Below, one piece after another: positions 1-8,529 of a DNA stretch of 64,000 nt. Every line of letters starts with the position of its first letter. Position 1 is the stretch's first letter. Source of the DNA: Myxococcota bacterium (GTDB lineage: Bacteria; Myxococcota_A; SURF-8); contig CAXXQS010000001.1 of the NCBI GenBank assembly GCA_963674735.2, positions 1,632,001-1,696,000 of the forward strand. The letters are read 5' to 3'. The notes beneath the pieces are model-generated. The model had not been told where the DNA came from and searched no databases. It saw only the letters and a list, made by a program, of their open reading frames with translations. The translations under genes were made by a program, and so were the position numbers.

Positions 1-233
1 TCGCTCTGGCCGTCTCGCCGCGCGGATCGCTGGCACTCAAACGGGCCGCCCAGGCGCGCGCCTATCTCAAGGGTCGTGCCTACGTCCTTCCCGACGACAT
101 CAAACGGCTGGCTCTGCCGGTCTGGGGGCATCGCGTTGTGGCCAAGACGAACGGAGCCACCGGCACGGTCGATCGTTTCGAGGTTGACGGCATCCTGCAA
201 GATATCCTCGACCGCACCCCCGTCCCCGTATGA
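1..233 (+). CDS. MoxR-family AAA+ ATPase, C-terminal fragment (5' truncated by window)
   Basis: Frame from nt 3 reads ALAVSPRGSLALKRAAQARAYLKGRAYVLPDDIKRLALPVWGHRV...TPVPV*. SPR, PDD and HR motifs match the MoxR lid domain; it sits directly upstream of DUF58 and transglutaminase genes. Confidence 0.9.
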   Translation, partial: ALAVSPRGSLALKRAAQARAYLKGRAYVLPDDIKRLALPVWGHRVVAKTNGATGTVDRFEVDGILQDILDRTPVPV

Positions 234-240
234 GGCAGCC

Positions 241-1284
241 ATGAGCGGCTTTCCCCATCGTTTGGCGGGCGCATGGCAAGAGCGTGGATTACGCGGTTTA
301 CTGGCCTATCTCTTCACGCCTCCGCGCAAGCTGATCCCCACTAAGTCCGGCTGGATCTTCTTTCTGTTCATGCTCGTCATCATCTTGTTCGGCTATACAA
401 CCAATAACAACCTGCTTTTTCTGCTTTTTTCCGCCATGCTGGCCGTCATGACCGCCAATGGCATTTTAAGCGAAGCCAGCCTGGGGGATGTGAGCATCGA
501 ACGGCGTTTTCCCTCCGAAATATTCGCCAAACGTCCGTTCACCGTTGAAATGCGCTTTCGAAATCAGGCTCGTTACATGAGCGCCTTTGCTTTCAGTGTT
601 CGCGATCCCGCGCTTTTCGATTCCGACAACAGCCCCTTTATGGTAAGTCTCGCTGCGGGCCGGGAAGAATTGCTGCGGGCCACCGCCCGAATCAAACGGC
701 GCGGCCGCCACAAATTGCCTGTGTTTGCGTTGTCCACCCAGTACCCGTTCCTGCTGTTCACCAAAACACGCCTTCTAGCGGGCGGAGAGGAACTGATCGT
801 TTACCCCGGTTTACGGCCGGTGGATTTGTCGCTGGACAAGCTTTTCGCCTATGACGAAGGCATGGGGCCCGAAAAAACCGGCGACGGCGATGCCTTCGCT
901 TATATCCGCGAATATGTCGAAGGAGAACCCATCCGGCGAGTGGACTGGAAAAAGAGCGCTCGGCTCGACAGCCTGTATGTCAAGGAGTTCGACCAGCGCG
1001 AGACGCGCAGCGTCGCCGTGCGATTTTATCCGGACGGCGCAGATGACTTCGAACCCGGTTTGGAAACAACCGCTTCCGTTTTGATTTGGCTTTTCACTCA
1101 AGGCGTTCCGTTCAACCTGTCGGCGGGCCAACCGCTCGATCCCGGCTACGGAGCCTCTCTCGGACGCCTGCAGCGCGGATTACGCACCCTGGCCCTGTAT
1201 AAGGCCGCTCGGCCTACTCCCCACCCGAGTGGTTCCCAACGTGTCATCGAGGTAAACGGTCATGGCGACATCCACATCCACTAA
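241..1284 (+). CDS. DUF58 domain membrane protein
   Basis: N-terminal TM pair with NNNLL, YPFLLF, and IREYVEGEPIRRVDWKKSAR...LYVKEF (DUF58 signature). ATG at 241 follows the MoxR stop; the ORF-track start at 76 overlaps MoxR. Confidence 0.88.
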   Translation: MSGFPHRLAGAWQERGLRGLLAYLFTPPRKLIPTKSGWIFFLFMLVIILFGYTTNNNLLFLLFSAMLAVMTANGILSEASLGDVSIERRFPSEIFAKRPFTVEMRFRNQARYMSAFAFSVRDPALFDSDNSPFMVSLAAGREELLRATARIKRRGRHKLPVFALSTQYPFLLFTKTRLLAGGEELIVYPGLRPVDLSLDKLFAYDEGMGPEKTGDGDAFAYIREYVEGEPIRRVDWKKSARLDSLYVKEFDQRETRSVAVRFYPDGADDFEPGLETTASVLIWLFTQGVPFNLSAGQPLDPGYGASLGRLQRGLRTLALYKAARPTPHPSGSQRVIEVNGHGDIHIH

Positions 1285-3409
1285 CGCCGCCCTTTTGCGA
1301 TCCCGCCTCGATCGCCACGTCCGCTATGCCCTGCTGATGGCCATGGCGCTGGGTTATGCGGTTTTGTTCGCCGCCGGTATTTACGAACCGGCCCTGCTGA
1401 TAGCGGTCGTTCCCGCTTTGGCTCTCGGCTACATCCTTTTTTATCGTCCTCAACCCCCGCTGTTTTCCCTGCCCGTATGGACGGCGCTCACGCTCGTCCT
1501 GGTTCTCGGAACATTCGTGGCGACTTTCCTCAAGGTGTTGTTTTTCCTCGATGCCCTCGATGTGGTTTTACTGGCCCTGCCCCTCATCAAGCTTTTCACC
1601 GCTAAAAGCGAACGGGACTATCTGCAACTATATGCTCTGGCCTTCGCGCAGATCATCTACGGAACCATCGTCAACGATACGATTTCCTTCGGCTTGGTTC
1701 TGGCCGCGTTTCTGATGATCGCCATGTGGGGGCTGATTCTGCTTTCATTCAAGACCGGAATCGGTCAACACAGCAATCGCCCCATGCTTGAACGCAAGGT
1801 AGAGACGGCCTTGTTCCGCCGCCGCTCTCTCGCCTTTTTATCCCTGCTGGTTCCGGCAGTCGTTCTCATCACGTTTCTTCTCTTTTTTGTGATTCCCCGC
1901 CCCGGTTCGGCGCTGGCCAACCTCTCATTCGGCATGAAAAAACGCGTATCGGGTTTTTCAGACAACGTTTCGCTCGGCGACGTGGGAGAAATCAAACTCG
2001 ATCACAGCACGGCCATGCGGGTGATTGTGGAAAATCCGATCAACGGGCGCCCCTTCTATTGGCGGGGAGCGACACTCGATACCTTCGATGGACTCAACTG
2101 GAGTGCGCGCCCCTACAAACCGATCTCGCTTTCCCGCAACCGCGGAACTGGACGCTTCCAGGTCGGGAGTTGGGCGCCTGGACGCTTGACCAAACAAACG
2201 TTCTTTCTGGAAGGAATCGAAGCACGCTACTTGATGCACGACGACTTTTTCGCCTGGGCGGACGTCAAAGCCCACAAGCTTTATCTGCACGCCAACGGAT
2301 CGGTCACCTTGCCTTTCCGCGACCGATTCATCCAGCAATACACCGTTTGGAGCTATCCGGAAAGCGCCCTGATTTTGCATGAAGATATCATCCGCTACAA
2401 TACCCAGGTGCCCGAGACTCTCGATCCGCGCATCCCCGAGCTTGCAAAAAGATGGGCGGGCGACACCACCGATCCCACCGAAATAGCCAAGCTTATCGAG
2501 CGACGTCTAAAAAACGATTTCACCTACAGCTTGAAGGCCGGGCTTCGCCCCGCCGCACGCCCCCTGCCCCGTTTTCTCTTTGAAACCCGCTCGGGACACT
2601 GCGAGTATTTCGCCACCGCCATGGTGATTATGTTGCGCACCCTCGACATCCCGGCCCGACTCGTGACCGGATTTCAGGAGGGTGAATACAACACATTGGA
2701 GGGCTATTTCCTGGTGCGTCAAGCCGATGCGCACGCCTGGGTCGAAGCCTACATCGGCGAGCAATGGCTGCGTTTCGACCCCACGCCCGCCGCCGGTTGG
2801 GAAACCTACGCACAAGACCTCCTGAGCGATTTCATGCAAGTGGTCGACTTGATGCGCTTCCGCTGGCAGCGTTACATCGTCAGCTACACCGTTCGCGATC
2901 AAATCGCCGTATTGACGGAACTCGACCGCAACGTCCAGGGCGGCTCGCCGATTTTCATCAAACGCTGGATCAAAGCGCACCTCGGCGAAATCAGTTTCGG
3001 TGTCCTGGTCGTGCTGCTACCCTTCGCCTGGACCTACCGACGCGGTTTAATCGGCTGGTTATGGCGTCCGGGGCGGGCGCAGCAAGCCGCTTCCGCAAAA
3101 CTGTCGCGTCGCTTCGCCAGACTGGCCAAAGCCTCCCGCCGCTACGGGGTTCGATATGAAGCGCATCTCACCATTGAAGAATGGGCGGCGCGTCTCAAAG
3201 CCGCCTATCCGCAATCCGCACCCGCAATTGGGCGTTGGGTCGATTTGTACGAACCCCTGCGCTACGCAACGACACCGGCCACCCCGGATGCGTTCATCCC
3301 GTTGGACCAAGCCGAGCAGACGTTGCTGGCCGCGTTGAAACGGGAAAGAAAAACGAAACGCGGATCTTCCCCGAAAGACCGCACAAGCCCGAAGACTTCC
3401 CTTGATTAA
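1262..3409 (+). CDS. TgpA-family transglutaminase-like membrane protein (DUF3488 + transglutaminase core)
   Basis: Multiple N-terminal TMs, SGFSDNVSLG, YWRG, catalytic GHCEYFATAM...IPARLVTGF, HAWVEAY, WLRFDPTP; canonical MoxR-DUF58-TgpA operon. Confidence 0.92.
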   Translation: MATSTSTNAALLRSRLDRHVRYALLMAMALGYAVLFAAGIYEPALLIAVVPALALGYILFYRPQPPLFSLPVWTALTLVLVLGTFVATFLKVLFFLDALDVVLLALPLIKLFTAKSERDYLQLYALAFAQIIYGTIVNDTISFGLVLAAFLMIAMWGLILLSFKTGIGQHSNRPMLERKVETALFRRRSLAFLSLLVPAVVLITFLLFFVIPRPGSALANLSFGMKKRVSGFSDNVSLGDVGEIKLDHSTAMRVIVENPINGRPFYWRGATLDTFDGLNWSARPYKPISLSRNRGTGRFQVGSWAPGRLTKQTFFLEGIEARYLMHDDFFAWADVKAHKLYLHANGSVTLPFRDRFIQQYTVWSYPESALILHEDIIRYNTQVPETLDPRIPELAKRWAGDTTDPTEIAKLIERRLKNDFTYSLKAGLRPAARPLPRFLFETRSGHCEYFATAMVIMLRTLDIPARLVTGFQEGEYNTLEGYFLVRQADAHAWVEAYIGEQWLRFDPTPAAGWETYAQDLLSDFMQVVDLMRFRWQRYIVSYTVRDQIAVLTELDRNVQGGSPIFIKRWIKAHLGEISFGVLVVLLPFAWTYRRGLIGWLWRPGRAQQAASAKLSRRFARLAKASRRYGVRYEAHLTIEEWAARLKAAYPQSAPAIGRWVDLYEPLRYATTPATPDAFIPLDQAEQTLLAALKRERKTKRGSSPKDRTSPKTSLD

Positions 3410-3436
3410 CCGGCGTAGTTATGGTGTTATGCCTAA

Positions 3437-4609
3437 ATGATAACGCGATGTAACCCGATTCGTATTTCCCTCCATCGGCAGACCGAGCATCTGCTCCTGC
3501 TTGCCGTCGTTCTGTTCATTTCCTGGAGTGCGTTCATTTCCGTCGCATCGGCGGACGAACCATTCGCTCTTGAATTCGATCAAGCTTTTGGGAGACGAAT
3601 TCCGGGGCATTTCGACGGTCCCATCCACCAGGCGAGTTTCAAGCAGCCGCAAGGTATAGACCTGTTCACCGATGGAACGATCCTGGTGGCCGATACCCTC
3701 AATCACTGCATCCGCCTGATCAACGACAGCCATACCGAAGTCTCGACGGCGGCAGGGGAATGCACGCAGGCCGGTAACAGCCTGTCCACCCCCCTCGAAA
3801 CCCGCTTTTTCTATCCGACCGACGTCGCGGCCGCCTGGGATCTGTACCGCTATTTCGTCCTCGACAGCGGCAACAACCGCATATTGGAAATCGACGGCGA
3901 ATCGGTCCGGGAAGTGCGGCTTACAAGCGGAGAGACGGAGGAAAACGAGGAAACCGGGGAAATAGAGGAATTCGTTTTCTCTTTACAGGAACCGATCGGC
4001 ATCGAAGTCGACCGCCAGGGCTACCTTTACATTGCCGACAGCGGCCACCACCGGATTTTACGACGCCATCCAAACAGCGGCGTAACGGAAGTCGTCGCCG
4101 GAACCGGGGTTGCGGGTTACGATTACGATCAGCGCACCGCGAATCTGGCTCGTTTGAATCGCCCCATCGACATCGCCACGTATCCGTCCACCTCCACGAC
4201 CTCTGCCCTGTACGTCGCCGACAGTCTGAACGGCTTGATTCGGCGGCTGCGTCCGGGGGATCAGGTGCCGTGGATCATCTCCAACTACGCCGGATCGGAC
4301 AACCAGCAGGTCTGGCGGGAAACCGATGGAGCCGCGGCGCTTCTCCATATGCACCGCCCTTACCGGCTGGCGCAAAATGCCGCCTCCTACCTGTTCATCA
4401 GCCTTCCGATTCAGCGGCGCGTCGTTGGCGTCACGCCGATGCAAAAGGCCGTGATCCTGCTTGACGAAACATCCGGGGTAGGTTCCGAGGACGACGCGGA
4501 AGAGCTGAGATCACCCACTGCGCTGGCTTGTGATTATGAAGGCTACCTGTGGCTGTTCGACTCAAGTCGCCTCAAACGCTATCGCATCACGACCGGCGAA
4601 GCTCCGTAA
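3437..4609 (+). CDS. Secreted NHL-repeat beta-propeller protein
   Basis: Signal-like hydrophobic stretch, then repeats PQGIDL..VADTLNHCIR, PTDVA..VLDSGNNRI, PIGIEVD..YIADSGHHRI, PIDIA..YVADSLNGLIR. Confidence 0.8.
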   Translation: MITRCNPIRISLHRQTEHLLLLAVVLFISWSAFISVASADEPFALEFDQAFGRRIPGHFDGPIHQASFKQPQGIDLFTDGTILVADTLNHCIRLINDSHTEVSTAAGECTQAGNSLSTPLETRFFYPTDVAAAWDLYRYFVLDSGNNRILEIDGESVREVRLTSGETEENEETGEIEEFVFSLQEPIGIEVDRQGYLYIADSGHHRILRRHPNSGVTEVVAGTGVAGYDYDQRTANLARLNRPIDIATYPSTSTTSALYVADSLNGLIRRLRPGDQVPWIISNYAGSDNQQVWRETDGAAALLHMHRPYRLAQNAASYLFISLPIQRRVVGVTPMQKAVILLDETSGVGSEDDAEELRSPTALACDYEGYLWLFDSSRLKRYRITTGEAP

Positions 4610-4626
4610 CTGCCCGCCACACCCGC

Positions 4627-6288
4627 TCAGTAGTCGAAAGTCGAACCTCCGATAAATTCACGAAGAATAGAGGTCGGCGGCACCTCGTGCGGAAAAATCG
4701 GGATAAACAGGTTGAGGAACTGGAATAGCCGGTAGGCATCCACATAGGCGCGGTCGTTGAACGACACTTCACGCAGAAAACGCGACAGGTAGGGCTTCAA
4801 CACGGCCGGTTCATAGATCAAGGCCGTGTCGACCATCGTATCGGCCTCCTCCTGAAAGGGGAAAATGTATTCGTTTTCACCGTTTCGGACATGCGGCCAC
4901 TGAGTGATGGTCTGGGCGGCTGAATAGCCTCGAAACAGTCGATCGCGCACGATGCGACGCATCAAGCGGATGTCGGAGGTGAAAATGCGGTTTTGTTCAT
5001 CGATGGCCAGTTGCGTGAGAGCCGAGACATAGATTCGGTATTTGTTCTCCAGCGGAACCGCGCGGGACATCTTCGGGTTGAGGCCGTGAATACCTTCCAC
5101 GATCAAGATTTCGTTGCGATGCAAACGAAGGGGGATGTGCTTGGTCGCCTCGCGTTCGCCACTGTGGAAGTTGTAAATAGGCGATTGCACTTCCTCGCCT
5201 TTTAAAAGCGCTCCCAGATGTTCGTTGAACAGCGCCACATCCAACGCTTCGAGGCATTCGTAATTGTAGGTGCCGTCCGGATTCTTAGGCGTGTTGACCC
5301 GGTTTACATAGTAATTATCGAGCGAGATCATGCGCGGGCGGATGCCGTTGACGCGCAGCTGCACGGCCAGCCGCTTGGTGAACGTGGTTTTGCCCGACGA
5401 TGAAGGCCCAGCGATCAGGATCAGCCGCAGGCGGTCGCTGTCCGCCGTGATCGTATCCGACAGCCGGGAAATCCGCTTTTCCTGCAACCCTTCCGAAACC
5501 TTGATGATATCCGACACCGAGCCGTCGGTACAGCTTTGGTTCAACTGGCCGACGTTCCAGGCTCCCATCATTTCGTTCCAACGCCGGGTTTCAAGATAGG
5601 TATTGAAAAGCTTCTCCTGAGCCGGAAGCTTTTTGTGTAAAATGCCTTTCCGATTCGGAAAACTGAGTACGAAGCCGGGAATTTTAGGCAACAACTTAAA
5701 TTTCGTACACGAACCGGTTCGGGGAGCAACCGGGCCGTAGCTGATATCGCGAAACGATCCCATCACGTTCCAGGGAACTTCCGCCACATTGCGCTGATTG
5801 ATCAACACACTTTTTTCCGGGTAGCCGCTGCCGATGAAATATTCCTTGGCCTCCTCGGCGGTCACCAAGGTCGGGCGCAGCGGTCGGTCGGACGCCACGA
5901 TTTCCTGCATCCGTTCTTCGACGGTTTGAAGAATTTCTTCCGTCAATTCCCCATTCTTGGTGCGGACACGGTAATAATAGCCGCCCCCGAGCGCCTGCCC
6001 GATCTCCAAACGCATTTGCGGATAGAGTTCGGCGAAGGCTTCGCACAAGATCAACGAAAGCGTCCGCCGGTAGATATTGGCGCCTTCTTTGCTTGAATAG
6101 TTGACGGTTTCCACCACGCAGTCCGAACGCAACAGCTGGTATAGGCCGTGCAGACGATTGTTGACGATCGCGCCCAACGCGCCGTCCACGCCCGGCACTT
6201 CGTTTTCCGCAATGACTCGCGAAATGGAGGTATCGCGCCGAGTTATGATTTCAATCCCATTGATCAATACCGTGATTTTGCGGCCCAT
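4627..6288 (-). CDS. Uridine kinase/phosphoribulokinase-family P-loop kinase with N-terminal threonyl-tRNA-synthetase-like domains
   Basis: C-terminal IAGPSSSGKTT, ISLDNYY, VEGIHGLN, RRIVRD..RG; the first ~210 aa resemble the ThrRS TGS/N2 region (GANIYRRTLSLIL..., YGPVAPRTG). Confidence 0.85.
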   Translation of the reverse strand: MGRKITVLINGIEIITRRDTSISRVIAENEVPGVDGALGAIVNNRLHGLYQLLRSDCVVETVNYSSKEGANIYRRTLSLILCEAFAELYPQMRLEIGQALGGGYYYRVRTKNGELTEEILQTVEERMQEIVASDRPLRPTLVTAEEAKEYFIGSGYPEKSVLINQRNVAEVPWNVMGSFRDISYGPVAPRTGSCTKFKLLPKIPGFVLSFPNRKGILHKKLPAQEKLFNTYLETRRWNEMMGAWNVGQLNQSCTDGSVSDIIKVSEGLQEKRISRLSDTITADSDRLRLILIAGPSSSGKTTFTKRLAVQLRVNGIRPRMISLDNYYVNRVNTPKNPDGTYNYECLEALDVALFNEHLGALLKGEEVQSPIYNFHSGEREATKHIPLRLHRNEILIVEGIHGLNPKMSRAVPLENKYRIYVSALTQLAIDEQNRIFTSDIRLMRRIVRDRLFRGYSAAQTITQWPHVRNGENEYIFPFQEEADTMVDTALIYEPAVLKPYLSRFLREVSFNDRAYVDAYRLFQFLNLFIPIFPHEVPPTSILREFIGGSTFDY

Positions 6289-6345
6289 GGAATCTCCTGC
6301 AAGGTGTCGGATGGGCGTCTCGGGTGGGTTTGTGCCAAGATCGGA

Positions 6346-7989
6346 TTACATACCGGTATGGCTTGCGGAAAGCCATTTCGGAGCCGCGATGGGCAACGTG
6401 AAATAGAAACGAGAGCCCATGTTCAGCTTACTCTCCACCCAAACTTTCCCGCCGTGAAGTTCGATGAATTTCTTGACAATCGCCAGGCCGAGCCCCGCCC
6501 CCTCATACCGTTTGGTGAGAGAGCCGTCGGCCTGCTGGAATTCTCCGAAGATCCGTTGCTGATCTTCGATCGAGATGCCGATTCCGGAATCGTACACGCA
6601 GAACTTGGCGTAATCCCCGTCGCGAGTGACCCGCACCCCGATTTCGCCCTTGTCCTGCGTGAATTTCAACGCATTGGCAATCAGGTTGAAAACCACCTGT
6701 TTAACCTTGCGTTCGTCCGCCATCAAGGTACTGATGCTGTCGTCGATATCGATGTTCATACTGATGCTGTGTTTCGTGGCTTTCTCTTTCATCAGGTTCA
6801 TCGACAACATGATCAGGTCGTAGACGGCGAATTCGGAAACTTCCAATTCCATCTTCCCCGCCTCGATTTTCGAGAGATCGAGGATGTCGTTGATCAACGA
6901 TAAAAGATGCTTGCCCGAATCGAGAATATCATTAACGTATTCGTTCTGCTTTTCATTGAGCGGGCCGAACAGCTCATCCAGCAAAACTTCCGAGAAACCG
7001 ATGACGGCGTTTAGCGGAGTGCGGAGTTCGTGGCTCATGTTGGCCAGAAATTCCGATTTGTGCCGATTCGCATCCACCGCACGGCGCGTCTGGTACTCCA
7101 GTTCTTCTTTTATCTCGGTAAGCTCCAGGTTTTTGCGCGCCATCTCCTGGGCCAGGTTCTTCAGCTCGGTGATATCCTGCAAATAAACATAGGCATCGCC
7201 CGCACCCTTGTACGAACTCACCGATCCCAGCATGATGCGACTGCCGATCCTGAATTCGCGGTTTTTGGATACGATATCCTCGCCCACGGTTCGGCAGATA
7301 TGAGAAAAGCTTTTTCCGTTATCTTGAAAGAGATCTTTGACGTTGCGGATTTTCCCAAGACGATTCACTTTGATGAAATCGTGCATGGCCTGGTTGATAT
7401 AGGTGATGTCGCCATGCTTGTTGCAACAGAAAATCGGGTTCGGGTTTTCGCGGGGAAAGCGGGTCAGACGACGGAGGTCTTTTTCGTTTTTCTTCAAGCG
7501 CTCCACTTCTTGAAGCCGCCGGATGATCGGGCCCAGCCAACGTCCGAGCTCACTGGCCAATTCGATGAGGTCTTCTTCGATATCCAGTCGCGTGAGCGCG
7601 ACCATCAGCAGAATGCCGAAAACCCCTTTCGAATCGCTCAAAGGCGTGGTCAGGTGCGTCAACTCGCGCCGATGCCCCTTCAACTGCATCGTTCGATACG
7701 TCAAACGGCTTTTACCTGAGTGCAATGTCTTTAGAAAATCGTGATCCGGATCGGTCAGATCGACGAGATCGGGCACGACAAACCGCTGCTCCCCCACTAC
7801 ATCGAGTACTTCGAGTTCACCAAAGCCCATCCCGGAAACATGAATGGACCCATGTTCGAACGGAAACGCTTCCATCATGATTTCGAGCAGTTGGCGGTAA
7901 GTGGATTCGTTCAACTGGGCATGACCGGCCGCTTCGGCGAGCGCGACTTTCAATTCAAGCAAGTGGCGGCTGGATCGGATCTCGCTCAT
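6346..7989 (-). CDS. Cytoplasmic sensor histidine kinase (GAF/PAS-like input, HisKA, HATPase)
   Basis: KSEFLANMSHELRTPLNAVIGFSE H-box; NLIANALKFT, DSGIGI, GAGLGLAI boxes; RFPRENPNPI PAS-like start. Confidence 0.92.
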   Translation of the reverse strand: MSEIRSSRHLLELKVALAEAAGHAQLNESTYRQLLEIMMEAFPFEHGSIHVSGMGFGELEVLDVVGEQRFVVPDLVDLTDPDHDFLKTLHSGKSRLTYRTMQLKGHRRELTHLTTPLSDSKGVFGILLMVALTRLDIEEDLIELASELGRWLGPIIRRLQEVERLKKNEKDLRRLTRFPRENPNPIFCCNKHGDITYINQAMHDFIKVNRLGKIRNVKDLFQDNGKSFSHICRTVGEDIVSKNREFRIGSRIMLGSVSSYKGAGDAYVYLQDITELKNLAQEMARKNLELTEIKEELEYQTRRAVDANRHKSEFLANMSHELRTPLNAVIGFSEVLLDELFGPLNEKQNEYVNDILDSGKHLLSLINDILDLSKIEAGKMELEVSEFAVYDLIMLSMNLMKEKATKHSISMNIDIDDSISTLMADERKVKQVVFNLIANALKFTQDKGEIGVRVTRDGDYAKFCVYDSGIGISIEDQQRIFGEFQQADGSLTKRYEGAGLGLAIVKKFIELHGGKVWVESKLNMGSRFYFTLPIAAPKWLSASHTGM

Positions 7990-8020
7990 GGCGTCCTTTT
8001 TAACGGGCCTTCCGGCCGGG

Positions 8021-8410
8021 TCAGGCCTTCAATTGGGTGTTCAGAAAAACCTGCTCAACCTGGTCGACAAACTGCCGGGTGTCGATCGGCTTGGCGATAT
8101 AACCGTTGAACCCGGCTTTCATGAAGCGTTCCTCATCCCCTTTCATGGCGAAAGCCGTCAGGGCGATGATGGGAATATTCATCGTTTCGCTTTTTTCACG
8201 CATCAGTTGCATCGCATCCATGCCGCTTAGGACCGGCAATTGAATGTCCATAATCACGAGGTCCGGTCGATGCAGGCGGGCCATGTTGACCCCTTCGTCG
8301 CCATCGGTGGCTTCGAGAATCGTGTGTCCCCTGAATTCAAGCAAATCTCGACACAGTTTGAGGTTCTTGGAATTGTCCTCAACGATAAGAATTGTTTTCG
8401 GACCGATCAC
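8021..8410 (-). CDS. Single-domain response regulator, DivK-like
   Basis: ILIVEDN, MDIQLP, IIALTAFAMKGD, YIAKPI; adjacent to the kinase. Confidence 0.92.
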   Translation of the reverse strand: MIGPKTILIVEDNSKNLKLCRDLLEFRGHTILEATDGDEGVNMARLHRPDLVIMDIQLPVLSGMDAMQLMREKSETMNIPIIALTAFAMKGDEERFMKAGFNGYIAKPIDTRQFVDQVEQVFLNTQLKA

Positions 8411-8529
8411 TCACTATCCTCCTTAACGACCGCACTTTTCAAAGTGGAGCGTTATTTTATCAGAGCCCCCTCTTAAACTCAATGGAATTCACCGGTTTAT
8501 CGGATTTAAAAGCCGGGGTAGCCCCTCAT

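Noticed and set aside
76-240. ORF-track N-terminal extension of the DUF58 gene
   Set aside because: It overlaps the MoxR C-terminus in another frame; the ATG at 241 is the sensible start.
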